Source of the DNA: Myxococcota bacterium
Lineage (GTDB): Bacteria; Myxococcota; XYA12-FULL-58-9; JALHOP01
NCBI GenBank assembly: GCA_041288095.1
Contig: JBGGMJ010000010.1
Span: 1 to 64,000 of the forward strand
Direction of reading: 5' to 3'
Length of the DNA: 64,000 nucleotides
Below the pieces are notes generated by a model. That model saw only the letters and a list, made by a program, of their open reading frames with translations, was not told the origin of the DNA and made no database searches. The position numbers and the translations under genes were made by a program. Shown here in pieces: positions 18,114 through 31,555 of the stretch. Within the stretch, counting starts at the first letter, position 1, and every line of letters begins with the position of its first letter.

Positions 18114-19736
18114 TCAGTTCGCCCGCACTTCCTCGATGCGCTTGATGCCGCCCTTGTCGACGATGACACGAATGCGCGTGAGCTGAGCCGCGCGGCCGGT
18201 CTGCTCGTCGCGCAGCGCGAAGATCAAGTTCACGTGGTAGACCTTCGGGCACTCGACCAGCTTCACGCTGTCGCTCTCCTCGTCGTAGGCGTGAACCGTC
18301 TGTACCGGGTCATCCGTCCGCACGAGCAGACTCGATACGTTGAAGCGGATGATGTCGTTGATGTCGTGCAGGCGGCCGTGCAGGTCGTGGATGAGCTTGG
18401 CCTCGAGCTCGATGTGCTTGTCGTACTTGAGGACGACCTCGGGTGAGCCCTTCGGCAGCAGGTTGTCGACTCTGTTTTCGCGGATGGCGGCGATCTCGCT
18501 CGGGATCTTGTCCCCGGCGAAGACGAACGATTCGCGGCAGCGCCCGATGCGCTCGCCGGTCGTCGGGTCGACGATGTCGACCATGTAATCGCGAACCCAG
18601 CGGGTGACGCGCGCGCCGAAGTAGCGCTTCGCCCACTCCTTCATGCGGTCGCGCAACGCATAGGCGAGCACGGTGGCGGTGAAGAAGGCGAGGCTGTTCA
18701 CCGCGAGCGCCTTCTCGTTGAGCGCCGTCAGGATGAGCGATGCGGTCATACCGACGCCGGCGCCGAGCGACGCGGCAATGTCGGCCCAAGCGCGGCCCTC
18801 TTCGCGGCGTCGGATGGTCAGGAACAAGCACGACATCGCGAACTTCTTGAGAATGCCGGCGCGGTGCACGAAGTGCTCGCGGTCGAGCGGCGCTTCGCTG
18901 GTGGGACTGGGATAGCTCAAGGAGGCGCGGCGCTTCTGCTCGGCAACGAGGATGTCGCGCACGTGCGCGCGCATCGCCGCCAGGCGGTCGTCCTCGCGCT
19001 TGTCCAGCTCCTCGATGAAGGACGTCATGTAGTGCTCGACCGTGAGGCTCACGTACTCGTCGACGTTGGTGAAGTCGCGACGCAGGCTCTCGGGCACGAC
19101 GCTGTCTTGCAGGTGCACGCCGAAGTCGCGAAGCTGGCCAATGACTGGCGCGAGCTCTTGCAGCAACACATCCATGCCGACTTCGATGCGCGTGATCTGA
19201 TCGTCGTTCGGGAATGGCGCGATATCCCCGTCGCTCGGCACCGCGATCAGGCCGTTGCGTTCGTTCACCGCGCGCAGCGACTTGTCGACGCGTGCCACCG
19301 CGACGATCTTCTCGCGCGCGGCAGCCATCTGCCCGATCAGGGCCTTCACGCGGTCACGCAAGCTCGCGCGGATCGAGCAGGCCAGCAGTCGCAGCTCGTA
19401 GCTAATGCGCTTGGCGTGCTTCTCGTCGTGACCATCTTCTTGCAGCTTCTCGAGGCTCGCCTTCATGCGGAGGAGCGGCGAGCCCTTGTTCGTTGGTGAC
19501 GCGAGGGCCGCTAGAGCAATTAGCGGCGTGCGAAAGCGAATGTACGCCTGGCTCGCGCGATAGAACTGCGCGCGGCCGTACGACAGATCGTTGACGCCGA
19601 GCGACTGCGGCACGAAGAAGAAACACTCGACGCGGTAGCGGTTGTGTTTGACGCTCGGATCGATGGCGTAGTCGAGCTTGATCTCGATGTGATGCTTGTC
19701 GTGGAGCTCAATCCGCTTGTCGATCGCGTCACGCAA
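18114..19736 (-). CDS. uncharacterised protein with C-terminal TM hairpin (540 aa)
   Basis: long ORF with strong codon bias; helical middle region and two hydrophobic helices. Confidence 0.8.
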   Translation of the reverse strand: MRDAIDKRIELHDKHHIEIKLDYAIDPSVKHNRYRVECFFFVPQSLGVNDLSYGRAQFYRASQAYIRFRTPLIALAALASPTNKGSPLLRMKASLEKLQEDGHDEKHAKRISYELRLLACSIRASLRDRVKALIGQMAAAREKIVAVARVDKSLRAVNERNGLIAVPSDGDIAPFPNDDQITRIEVGMDVLLQELAPVIGQLRDFGVHLQDSVVPESLRRDFTNVDEYVSLTVEHYMTSFIEELDKREDDRLAAMRAHVRDILVAEQKRRASLSYPSPTSEAPLDREHFVHRAGILKKFAMSCLFLTIRRREEGRAWADIAASLGAGVGMTASLILTALNEKALAVNSLAFFTATVLAYALRDRMKEWAKRYFGARVTRWVRDYMVDIVDPTTGERIGRCRESFVFAGDKIPSEIAAIRENRVDNLLPKGSPEVVLKYDKHIELEAKLIHDLHGRLHDINDIIRFNVSSLLVRTDDPVQTVHAYDEESDSVKLVECPKVYHVNLIFALRDEQTGRAAQLTRIRVIVDKGGIKRIEEVRAN

Positions 19737-19841
19737 TTGTCACAACCCATTTCCCCGTGGAGATCGTACCTCCAACATACTGATTACGCTACAAAATGGG
19801 CTTCTATTCAGTCCTTCGAAGCCCCGCTTTGGGCGGGGCGG

Positions 19842-19859
19842 GTGTCACAGAAACGTCAT
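19842..19859 (+). promoter_or_regulatory. Pho-box-like 11-bp-period direct repeat
   Basis: GTGTCAC-AGAA-ACGTCAT versus PhoB consensus CTGTCAT-N4-CTGTCAY. Confidence 0.4.
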
Positions 19860-19958
19860 TTTGTGTGCCGATGTAGGCGCTGCGCTTTTGCCTTCCAAGC
19901 GTGTACAGAGCATGCTTTTGAGAGCACATAGCCGCCCTTAGAAGGCATTCGAGATCCA

Positions 19959-21671
19959 GTGGAACGACAGCGTCCCGACACCAGCAGCGACGAGATCGAC
20001 CTCTACATTCGCACGTATTATTCGCTGCTTCGCAGCAGCGGCGAGGTCCGTGTCCGCTCCTTCGAGGAAGCGCACATCTACAGCAACTCGAGTCTCCACG
20101 AGGGCGCCAAGGACACCCGTCCCGACATCTCCGCCTTCGGCTACGCGGCCGGCCGCGTGCCCGAATCCATGTCGGACGTGCGGCGCGTTCTGCTCGGCCA
20201 AGCCGAGGAACAGTTCGTCGCCGCCGGCGCCAACATCCAAGATTGGCAACGGGTCAGCGCCCGCGGCCGCCGCCGGCCATACCGCTACGACGGACGGGGC
20301 ACGCTCGCCGCCTTCATCGCCAGCGCCTCGGACATCGACGATCTGGTGCCGATCCTCACCGCCTACCAGATCGAATGGAACAAGATTCACATGCTGCTGG
20401 CGCAGAGCACTGTCGGCCAGGAGCTCGCCCGCGGCGAGATCACCGTTGGTGACAAGGACCTCGACGCGCGTCTCGCCGAAGCGCTGGACCTACCGATCGA
20501 GCTGGTCGCGCGCTTGAAACAGGCGCTCGGCAAGTCGGCGGCGCACGGTCTCAAGCTCATGGCGAGCATGCGCCTCGATCTGCGCTTGCAGCTGCTCGCC
20601 GGCTCGTTCAATCACTACCAGAAGGCGACGCAGCGCTGGTGGAGCGGCATCGAGCCCGTCTACTTGAAGACGAGCAAGGGTCCGCAAAAGCGGCCGGTCT
20701 ACTTCGTCTCTTCGAACACTCACTCGCTGGCAAACCTCCTCGGTGGCTATGCCCTCGAGCACAAGGAGCAGCTCCTCGCCACGGCCAAGGCGCACGACCC
20801 CGACGGCGTTTGGAGTCAGCTCGAGCGCGCGGTCGCCGAAGGCTCGGACGAAGCCGCCAATCTCCTCTACTTCGTGTTGCGCGCGCACCTGCGCTTGTCG
20901 CCCGGCTCCATGGAGAGCGTCCAGCGCTGGGACGAATCGAACGGCATCTACACGGTGCCCGACCCGGGCCACATCGAGGTCGGCGCTCAGGTGATCGAGC
21001 TCGACAAGATGGTGCCCGATCGCGTCGATCCGCGATTGCGGATCCCCGGCCTCGAGCGTCTGCGCAAGAGCAACGCCGTCATCATCAACGTCGACTACCC
21101 GCTGGGCATGGCCGCCTATCAGCTTCTATCGCGCGTCGGCCAAGGCGTCGGCGAAGTCCGTGGCCTCTACCTCATGGGCAAGGCCGCGACTCTCAACGCC
21201 CGCGTCGGCGACGTGATGATCTCGAAGGTCGTGCAGGACGAGCACTCGAAGAACACCTATATGGTGAGCAACTGCTTCAACTCCGGCGACGTCGCCCCGT
21301 ACCTTCGCTACGGCACGGTCTTCGACAACCAGAAGGCGCTCACCGTGCGCAGCGCCTTCCTGCAGAATCGCGAGTACATGGGTGTCTTCTATCGCGAAGG
21401 CTACACCGTGCTCGAGATGGAAGCGGGGCCGTACCTCTCGGGCATCTTCGAGCTGGTCGATCCGAACCGCCACCCCAACGACGAGCTCGTGAACGTCGGC
21501 GAGCGCACGAACTTCGACGTCGGCGTGCTGCACTACGCGTCCGATACTCCGTATAGCCGCCGTCAGAGTCTGCTATCGAAGAGCATGGGCTTCTTCGGCA
21601 TCGACTCGACCTACGCTTGCGCCATCGCGATCACGCGGCGCATCTTGTCGCAAGAGATCCAGCGACTTTAA
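19959..21671 (+). CDS. DUF6909-like protein with nucleoside phosphorylase/nucleosidase-like C-terminal region
   Basis: IDLYIRTYYSLLRS N-terminus; LMGKAATL...VGDVMI and VLEMEAG motifs typical of the PNP/UDP fold. Confidence 0.7.
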   Translation: MERQRPDTSSDEIDLYIRTYYSLLRSSGEVRVRSFEEAHIYSNSSLHEGAKDTRPDISAFGYAAGRVPESMSDVRRVLLGQAEEQFVAAGANIQDWQRVSARGRRRPYRYDGRGTLAAFIASASDIDDLVPILTAYQIEWNKIHMLLAQSTVGQELARGEITVGDKDLDARLAEALDLPIELVARLKQALGKSAAHGLKLMASMRLDLRLQLLAGSFNHYQKATQRWWSGIEPVYLKTSKGPQKRPVYFVSSNTHSLANLLGGYALEHKEQLLATAKAHDPDGVWSQLERAVAEGSDEAANLLYFVLRAHLRLSPGSMESVQRWDESNGIYTVPDPGHIEVGAQVIELDKMVPDRVDPRLRIPGLERLRKSNAVIINVDYPLGMAAYQLLSRVGQGVGEVRGLYLMGKAATLNARVGDVMISKVVQDEHSKNTYMVSNCFNSGDVAPYLRYGTVFDNQKALTVRSAFLQNREYMGVFYREGYTVLEMEAGPYLSGIFELVDPNRHPNDELVNVGERTNFDVGVLHYASDTPYSRRQSLLSKSMGFFGIDSTYACAIAITRRILSQEIQRL

Positions 21672-23431
21672 CGCGACAGAAAACGTCCCGCCGAGCGCAC
21701 GCCGGAGAAGAACGCGCCCCAGCCCGTGACGTACGCGCTCGCCGCCCCGCCGAGGTCGCCGTGGGCAAGCGAAGAAGCCCAGTTCTTCACCGAACCGGCA
21801 TAAACTCCCGCGGCACCCGCATAGGCGCCGGCGTCATATCTGCGCGCCTCGCTGCGCGAGAGCATGCGCGGCGGGGGTGCGAGCGGATAGATGGTGTCGA
21901 CCGCCTCGCCGCGTCCGCGCAGGCACATGTTGGTGATCGCGGTGGCCGCGGCTTCCCCCGAGCGCCATGCGCCACCGACTCGATCAGCGACGTTCAAGTG
22001 GCTGCCGGCATCGACGATGCGCGACCCACCGACGCTTTCCTTGTACGCTTGGATCTTCGCCGAAATGCCCGGGGGTGAGTCGACGATAGCGGACGGAATT
22101 TTCACGACCGCGGCGAACTCGAGCTCGGCGTCCGCGAGCCCTGGGATCTGTCTCGCGAGGGATGCGCGCGTCAGGTCGAGGACCTCTTCGGCCGACTTGT
22201 CGAGGAGCCCGAGGCTCTCGACTTTGTCGCCCAGCGCCATGCACTGCACGGTGTCGACACCCGGAACGCGACCACCGACCGCTCCCGAGTGGAACGACAC
22301 GCTGGTGATGAAGTCCTTCGGCCCGTGGTGCTTCGGCGCGTTGATGAGCCCGTAGACGTCGGCGTCATGGAAGCGCTCGAGCACCTTGCGCGCGTTGCGC
22401 ACGCCCAAGATCACGTTCACCGTGGGCGTATAGGTCCGGCCGCGCACCGCGCGCTCTTCCTCGGTCTTCGGTGGGGCAATGCGCGCCGCGACATCGGAGG
22501 TCGTGGCGAGGACCGCGTAGTCGAAGCTCTCGGATTTGCCCGCAATCGTGGCGCGCACGCCTTTCTTCGTCTCTTCGAGGGCGGTGACCGGTGCGTTCAA
22601 GCGGACACTGGCGGCGCCGTAACGCTCTCGGATGCGGTCGACGGCGCGCGGTCCAATAGCGCCAAAGCCGTCGTGCAGCGTCCAGCCATGCTCGCCGCGC
22701 AAGCCGCAGCCGGTGATTGATGCGACGTTGGCGATGCTCGCTTGCTCGGGCGTCTTGAAATACAGCGCCGCGAGCTCTGCATCCGCGAGGTCCCCGACGC
22801 CGTCACCGAAGGTGTCGCGGAACCAGCTGGAGCGCCGGCGGTCCTCGCCGACCCAATGTTCGGAGGCGTCGGGCAAACGGTGGTGCCACTTGCGGCTCCA
22901 CTCGTCCATCATGCGGCGCACGCCGTCCCACAACCCCGCATCGAGCAGCGAGCCGCCGCGGGCTTGCTCGACCTTGTAAAACGAAGCTGGGTTCGCGATA
23001 TCGACCACGATCGGCGTCTTCGAGGCACCGCGAAACAAGGTCACGCGTGGCGCTTGTTGGCGCTTCTCGCCGTCGAGCCCGAGCTCGCCTACCGCCCGCC
23101 AAAACGGACCATAGCTCTCTGGCGCCATCTGCGCGCCGAGCTGGCCGACGCCGTGGCTACCGTCTTTGCGCGCGAAGGTCAGACTGTCGGCGCGACCCAT
23201 GACGTGGTCGGCTGCTTCGCACACCACGACTTCACGGACACCCCGGCGCAGGAGCTCGAGTGCCGCCGCGAGCCCCGCCGGACCGGCGCCAACGACGAGC
23301 ACGCGGGCGTCGACCCTGGGACTTGGTTTGCGCTCGGTCGGGCGCGCGCTGGTCGCCTCGGCGACGCGGCCTAGAAGCTTGACGTCGCGGCCACGGACGA
23401 CTTCGAGGTGTGGGCCAGGTCCAATACGCAT
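21668..23431 (-). CDS. FAD-dependent oxidoreductase (amine oxidase/protoporphyrinogen oxidase-like)
   Basis: VVGAGPAGLAAA Rossmann motif, EAADHVMGR, C-terminal GGAWRSGEAAA. Confidence 0.85.
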   Translation of the reverse strand: MRIGPGPHLEVVRGRDVKLLGRVAEATSARPTERKPSPRVDARVLVVGAGPAGLAAALELLRRGVREVVVCEAADHVMGRADSLTFARKDGSHGVGQLGAQMAPESYGPFWRAVGELGLDGEKRQQAPRVTLFRGASKTPIVVDIANPASFYKVEQARGGSLLDAGLWDGVRRMMDEWSRKWHHRLPDASEHWVGEDRRRSSWFRDTFGDGVGDLADAELAALYFKTPEQASIANVASITGCGLRGEHGWTLHDGFGAIGPRAVDRIRERYGAASVRLNAPVTALEETKKGVRATIAGKSESFDYAVLATTSDVAARIAPPKTEEERAVRGRTYTPTVNVILGVRNARKVLERFHDADVYGLINAPKHHGPKDFITSVSFHSGAVGGRVPGVDTVQCMALGDKVESLGLLDKSAEEVLDLTRASLARQIPGLADAELEFAAVVKIPSAIVDSPPGISAKIQAYKESVGGSRIVDAGSHLNVADRVGGAWRSGEAAATAITNMCLRGRGEAVDTIYPLAPPPRMLSRSEARRYDAGAYAGAAGVYAGSVKNWASSLAHGDLGGAASAYVTGWGAFFSGVRSAGRFLSR

Positions 23432-23506
23432 GGCCTCGATATCGAGGTGGTCACCCTAGGCGTTGCCTCGGAAGGGGTGCCAAGGTGGCCTTCGCCGGGG
23501 TGACCG

Positions 23507-25108
23507 TCAGGCCTCGTCGTTGTCCACGCGGAAGGTCGAGACCTCGGCCTCGAGGAGCGACGCGATGTCCGCCATCTGATTAGCGGCGCGGGTGACCTCC
23601 TGTGCGAGCGCGGTCGCGCTGGTCGAGACCGCCGTGATCTCGCCCATGGCCGACGAGACCTGCTCGGAGCTCGAGAGCTGTTGCTGGGTGATCTCGAAGA
23701 TCTGCCGCGCCGAGCCAACGGCGCGCTCGACGAGCTCGAACATCTCTTTCGTCGCCGACACCATCGTCTCCATTTCGGAGACGCCGTGTTTGGTCGCCTC
23801 GGAGCTGTCGCGGCTGGCCGTCAAGGAAGCGCGTGTCGCGTCGCCGATGATGGCGATGGTCTCTTTCACTTCGCGCGTCGAGCTCATGACGCTCTCGGCG
23901 AGGCGGCGCATCTCCTGAGCGACCAGCGAGAAGCCCTTGCCGACGTCGCCGGCGCGCGCGCCTTCGAGCGCGGCATTCAGCGCCAGCAGGTCCAAGCGAT
24001 CGGAGATGCTCTCGATGATGTCGATGACCGAGATGATGGCGCGGCTGTGCTCGTAGAGCTCCTGGACGCGTGCGCTCACCATGTCGTTGCGATCGGAGAT
24101 CTCGCGCATGGCGCTGCGGGCCGCCTCCACTGCTTCCGTGGCTCCACGGAGCTGGTCCGACATGCGCTGGCCGAGGCCCGCGAGATCCTGCGAGCGGCCC
24201 GCGATGGCGTGCGCGGTGCTCGTGAGCGCCTCCATCGAGTGCGTCACCTCGTCGATGCTCGCCGTCTGCTCGGAGACGCCCGACTCCTGCGCTTTCGACG
24301 ACATGACGATGTCGGCGGCGGCTTCGCTGACGCGGGTGGTTGCGGAGCGGACGCCCCCGACGATCTTGCGCAAGCTGCCGACCATGCCGTTCAAGCTGGC
24401 CCCGAAGATCGAGAATTCGTCGCGCGTCTCCACATTCGCCTGCACGCGGAGGTTGCCGGCGCTGACCTCGTTCGAGACGCGCATCAGCGTGTAGAGCGGC
24501 CGCACGAGCAGCTGTCCCGCGAGGATCGCGATGGCGGCGCCGATGAGAATGAAGACGATGAAGATGACGACGACGCGCATGACCGTGTTGCGCGTTTGCC
24601 TGCCGATGGGCGTGACGTCGAGGCCAACATGCAAGGTGCCGGCGTCGACCGGCGAGCTGATGTCGATGACGTCGAAGTCGGGGATACGGAATTCGGAGAC
24701 CATGACCTCCGAGTCGTCACCCTGGGGAACGCCGCTGTCGGCGGTGCGGATCAGCGCCTGCACGAGCGGTGAGGGGACGAGGTCGGGGAACGAGCTGGCG
24801 ATCGGAGCGCCACGAACGTCGAGGACGACGAAGTAGCGGACGGCCTCGAGATCGGACAGGGCTCGCAAGCGATCGGCGAGGGCTGCTTGGCGACCGGCGG
24901 CGACGAACTCGTTCGCCGTCACCTCGATGGCGCGCGTCAGCGATAGGCCGCGGGTGATGAACTGACGCCGCAGGATGTCGGCTGCATCCGCGCCGATGAC
25001 CCAGGCGGTGACGATGCCCAAGCAGACGAGCACGATGGACATGACCGCCGAGATCTTGGGCCCAAGCCCCACGACCTTGCTCGCAATGCCACTGACGATC
25101 GACGTCAT
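23507..25108 (-). CDS. methyl-accepting chemotaxis protein
   Basis: two TM segments, HAMP domain, [31 protein letters not shown] signalling hairpin. Confidence 0.95.
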   Translation of the reverse strand: MTSIVSGIASKVVGLGPKISAVMSIVLVCLGIVTAWVIGADAADILRRQFITRGLSLTRAIEVTANEFVAAGRQAALADRLRALSDLEAVRYFVVLDVRGAPIASSFPDLVPSPLVQALIRTADSGVPQGDDSEVMVSEFRIPDFDVIDISSPVDAGTLHVGLDVTPIGRQTRNTVMRVVVIFIVFILIGAAIAILAGQLLVRPLYTLMRVSNEVSAGNLRVQANVETRDEFSIFGASLNGMVGSLRKIVGGVRSATTRVSEAAADIVMSSKAQESGVSEQTASIDEVTHSMEALTSTAHAIAGRSQDLAGLGQRMSDQLRGATEAVEAARSAMREISDRNDMVSARVQELYEHSRAIISVIDIIESISDRLDLLALNAALEGARAGDVGKGFSLVAQEMRRLAESVMSSTREVKETIAIIGDATRASLTASRDSSEATKHGVSEMETMVSATKEMFELVERAVGSARQIFEITQQQLSSSEQVSSAMGEITAVSTSATALAQEVTRAANQMADIASLLEAEVSTFRVDNDEA

Positions 25109-25140
25109 CGGTCGCGAGTATCCTCAAAGTTCGAGCGGAA

Positions 25141-25156
25141 TGCGCGTTTTTTGCCA
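25141..25156 (-). promoter_or_regulatory. possible sigma-54 promoter of the MCP gene
   Basis: TGGCAAAAAACGCGCA on the minus strand, GG-N10-GC; -12 element non-consensus. Confidence 0.3.
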
Positions 25157-25249
25157 CTATTCATGTCATCGATGGCGGCTATTGGGGTCACTACGGATTT
25201 ACTAAGCAGCGGACCGGTATATCTTCCCCTCCATCAAGGAGGATCGCCC

Positions 25250-25948
25250 ATGTTGACGATTCGCAAAGCAGGCGAGCGCGGCCATGCCAATCACGGCTGG
25301 CTCGACACGTTTCATACCTTTTCCTTCGCTGGATATTACGACCCCAAACACATGGGGTTTCGCGCGCTCCGCGTCATCAACGACGACCGCGTCGATGGCG
25401 GTGCTGGGTTTCCGACGCACCCGCACAGCGACATGGAGATCATCACGTACATCCTCGACGGCGCGCTGCAACACCGCGACTCGATGGGCACGGGATCGGT
25501 GATCAAGCGGGGCGACGTGCAGCGCATGAGCGCCGGCACCGGCGTCACCCACAGCGAGTTCAACGCGTCACCTGACCAGCAGGTGCACCTGCTGCAGATC
25601 TGGCTGTTGCCCGAGCGCGAGGATCTCAAGCCTTCCTACGAGGAGAAGCACTTCAGCGAAGATGAGCGCTCCAACGTCCTCAAGTTGGTCGCTTCGCGTG
25701 GCGGCGAGGCCGGTAGCATCCACATCAATCAAGATGTGCGCCTCTACGCGTCGTTGCTCGCCAAGGGAAAGACGGTCGAGCACACCATCGCCAAAGGCCG
25801 GCACGCCTGGTTGCAAGTGGCGCGTGGTGGCTTGCGCGTGAACGATCTGGCGCTCGCGACCGGCGACGGCCTCGCGGTCAGCTCGGAAGACAAGCTGCAG
25901 ATCAGCGCGACCGAGGACAGCGAGCTCTTGCTCTTCGACCTCGCCTAG
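25250..25948 (+). CDS. pirin family protein (YhhW-like)
   Basis: AGGAGG RBS; RGHANHGWL, GFPTHPHSDMEI, MSAGTGVTHSE. Confidence 0.95.
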   Translation: MLTIRKAGERGHANHGWLDTFHTFSFAGYYDPKHMGFRALRVINDDRVDGGAGFPTHPHSDMEIITYILDGALQHRDSMGTGSVIKRGDVQRMSAGTGVTHSEFNASPDQQVHLLQIWLLPEREDLKPSYEEKHFSEDERSNVLKLVASRGGEAGSIHINQDVRLYASLLAKGKTVEHTIAKGRHAWLQVARGGLRVNDLALATGDGLAVSSEDKLQISATEDSELLLFDLA

Positions 25949-25974
25949 TGCCGCCTCGAGTGGCGGCCCACTAG
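25945..25974 (+). repeat. 30-bp CTAG-ended REP-like palindrome, copy 1
   Basis: CTAGTGCCGCCTCGAGTGGCGGCCCACTAG; 27/30 identical to the reverse complement of 49566-49595. Confidence 0.8.
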
Positions 25975-28199
<2,225 letters not shown>

Positions 28200-28203
<4 letters not shown>

Positions 28204-30335
28204 GTTCGCTTGCCGTAGACCAAGAGCATGAGCGAGCCCTCGATGAGATTGACCTGGGCGGCGCTGATGACGTGGGGGTGGGTACCGCCGGTGTCGAGCT
28301 CGCTGCGCCAGGTTCCGGCGGCTGGGAGTTGGGGCAAGGTGAAGGAGCACGCGGTCGCGTCGGCGTTCATGAGCAGCAAGAGTGTGGTGCCGGCGACCGT
28401 GTGTCCATGCTCATTCACTTCTTCCGTGGACTCGCCCGCGATCAACATGCCGAGAACGCGACATTCCTCGTTGGCCCAATCTTCGTCCTTCATCTCGGCG
28501 CCGTCGGGGCGCACCCAGGTGACGTCTTTGACGCCCGACTCGACGGTGCGGCCGGTGAAGAAGCTGTGCCTCCGTAGGACCGGGTTGCGCCGGCGGAGCT
28601 GGAACACGAGCCGCGCGAAGGCCACGAGATCGGCGTTGCTCTTGGCGAGCGACCAGTCGACCCACGAGATGCCGTTGTCCTGACAGTAGGCGTTGTTGTT
28701 GCCGCTCTGGGTGCGGCCCATCTCGTCGCCGGCGACGAGCATAGGCACTCCCTGCGAGAAGGCGAGCGAGGCGAGGAAATTGCGCAGCATGCGTTGGCGC
28801 ACGCGCAGCACCTCGGGCTTGTCGGTCGGACCTTCGACGCCCCAGTTGCGGGACAGGTTGTGGTCGTGGCCGTCCTTGTTGGCCTCGCCATTCGCCTCGT
28901 TGTGCTTCTGCTCGTAGCTGACGAGATCGAGCAGCGTGTAGCCGTCGTGCGCGGTGACGAAGTTGATGCTCGCGGGCGCGACGCCGGCGTTGTGGTGATA
29001 GATGTCGCTGTTGCCGGAGATGCGCGAGGCGAGCTCGGGGATCTTGCCGGCATCCCCGCGCCAGAAGCTGCGCAGGGCATCGCGATAGCGGCCGTTCCAC
29101 TCGGTCCAGCTCGCTGGGAAGTTACCGACTTGATAGCCGTTCGGCCCCAGGTCCCAGGGCTCGGCGATGAGCTTCACTTGCGAGAGCACCGGGTCCTGCT
29201 GGACCACGGTGAAGAATCTGCTATCGCGGTTGAACTCGACGGGTTCGCGCGCCAAGGCCGGTGCGAGGTCGAAGCGGAAACCGTCGACATGCATGTCCGT
29301 GACCCAATAGCGCAGGCTGTCGAGCACGAGCTGCAGGCCGCGCGGGTGCCTGGTGTCGACCGTATTGCCGCAGCCGGTGAAGTCTTCGTTCGAGCGCCAC
29401 TCGTCGGGCTTGAGCCGGTAGTACTGGAGGTTACCGAAGCCGCGTAGCGACAGAGTCGGGCCGGCCTGGTTGCCTTCACAGGTGTGGTTGTAGACGACGT
29501 CGAGAATCACCTCGATGCCGGCTCGGTGCAGCGCCTTCACCATCGCCTTGAACTCGATCACCTGCGCGCCCAGGCCACTGCCGGCAAAACGCGAGTCGGG
29601 CGCGAAAAAAGCGAGCGTGTTGTAGCCCCAGAAGTTGGTGAGGCCGCGCTCGACGAGCGGCCGTTCGGGCACCATGTGATGCACGGGCAAGAGCTCGATG
29701 GCGGTGACGCCGAGCGACTTCAGGTGCTCGATGATCGGCGGTGACGAGACGCCGAGATAAGTGCCGCGCAGATGCTCCGGCACATCGGGGTGCCGCATGG
29801 TGAGGCCGCGCACGGAGGCCTCGTAGATGACGGTGTTGCTCCACGGCGTGTGTGGCGGCCGGTCGTCGCCCCATGGGTAGGTGGTGTCGACGACGATGGC
29901 TTTCGGGACGAAACCGGCGCTGTCGCGTTCGTCGAACGAGAGGTCGGCCGTGGGATCGCCAATCTTGTAGCCGTAGACGGCGTCGTCCCAGCGCAGGCCG
30001 CCGCTGACCGCTTTAGCGTACGGGTCGACGAGGAGCTTGTTGTGGTTGAAGCGCTGGCCCGCCGCCGGCTCGTAGGGTCCGTACGCCCTGTAGCCGTAGA
30101 GATGGCCGGGCCGCGCGTCCGGGAGGAACGCTTTCCAGACGTTGCCGGGCCGCTCGCGCGCGAGGTCCACTTGCGCGAACGGCTTCGCGTCGTAGGGCTC
30201 GCGGTAAAGCTCGAGGACGACGCGGGTCGCCTGCTCGGAGTAGACCGCGAAGTTTACTCCCTCACCCGTCCATGTCGCGCCCAGGGGATAGGCCGAGCCT
30301 GGCCAGATGCGCGGGTTCATCACCAACGACGTCAT
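28200..30335 (-). CDS. glgX: glycogen debranching enzyme
   Basis: YPLGATW, NFWGYNT, DVVYNHT, DGFRFDLA, IAEPWD, NFVTAHDG, GNNNAYCQDN. Confidence 0.97.
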
Positions 30336-30376
30336 CGACCACGACACTAAGCACGTTTGTGGGAGCCGACAAAACC

Positions 30377-31441
30377 TTACGGTTGCGGCGGGGGCACACG
30401 CTCGAGCTCGACGATGGTCGCGAGGCTCGCCATGGTCAGGCTCGAGCGACCGCCAAGGCTCCAAGCGGCGGTTGCGAGATCGGGCCGGCCGTAGCCGGCG
30501 CGGATAAATCGGGATTGCGCCGCGGCGACCTGATCGAGCTCGCGGCCCGAGGCGATGGCGACCGCGGCGAGCAAGGCGGCGGTCCGCGGGGGGCGGCCCT
30601 CGGCGAAGTAGCGCAAGACCTCGCGTGTTTGCTCCGACGTCTTTCCCGCTTCGGCCGCGGCGGCCGCGACGAGCGCGGCATAACGTGGCGGCACGTCCAG
30701 CTGGCGGACCTCGCGGAAGATGGTTGCTGCTGCCGGCCTCGCCGAGACCGCGAGCAAGGCAGCGACGTCTCCATCTTGTCCGCTAGAGCGGAATGCGGCG
30801 AACCGCGCGTAGCTGCCCTCGACGTCACGCACCGTCGCGAGCAGGGCCGCCGTCGCCTGAACGGTGCCCGAGCGGCGCAAGAGATTGACGTAGTCGGCTT
30901 GCATCACGGCGCCATCGGCCGGGCGATCGGTGGTCATCAGCGCCAGCGTCGTGGCTTCCGCCGCGGTCACGAACTGCCCAGGGCGATAGGCGTTGTAGAG
31001 CTCGAGGGCCCGCGCATCGTTGGTGGCCGAGCTGAGGAGCACGACATGGTCGACGTCGAGCTTGGCCTCTTCGAGCCGCGTCGAGCGCTCGTCGATGACC
31101 TTGTAGCTGTCGGCATCGATACGCTGGTTGAGCTGGCGCAGGCTCTCGGCGAGCCGGGCCAACGAGGTACGATCGGCCGCGACCTCTTGTTGGGCATCGA
31201 CCAGGCTGGTGGAGCCGATCAGCCCCCCATAGGCGTGAGTGGGGTCGAATGAGGGGGGGCCGCCGGCTCCCTGGACGAGCTTGTCGAGGGCCGCCTCGTC
31301 GCGCCGGAGCTCCGCCGCGGCCGCCGCATGAGCCGCCCGAGCTTCGGCGAGCACCTCGCCCGGTGGCGTGGCCGACCCGACGCGCTGCTCGATCGCCGTG
31401 GCCCGGGCAATTTGTGCGTCAATGGTCTCGAGGCCGAGCAT
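30377..31441 (-). CDS. hypothetical Ala-rich helical protein
   Basis: 354-aa ORF with GGAG RBS; no recognisable motif. Confidence 0.6.
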   Translation of the reverse strand: MLGLETIDAQIARATAIEQRVGSATPPGEVLAEARAAHAAAAAELRRDEAALDKLVQGAGGPPSFDPTHAYGGLIGSTSLVDAQQEVAADRTSLARLAESLRQLNQRIDADSYKVIDERSTRLEEAKLDVDHVVLLSSATNDARALELYNAYRPGQFVTAAEATTLALMTTDRPADGAVMQADYVNLLRRSGTVQATAALLATVRDVEGSYARFAAFRSSGQDGDVAALLAVSARPAAATIFREVRQLDVPPRYAALVAAAAAEAGKTSEQTREVLRYFAEGRPPRTAALLAAVAIASGRELDQVAAAQSRFIRAGYGRPDLATAAWSLGGRSSLTMASLATIVELERVPPPQP

Positions 31442-31555
31442 GGGGGGACTCCGGGGGAGGTTATCGGCGGCTCCTTCCTAGGGTTGTGATCACGCATCCG
31501 AGTGAAATCGTGGCGATCGCGCGGCGCTCGACCTTTGGGCGCGGCATCGCTAAAG

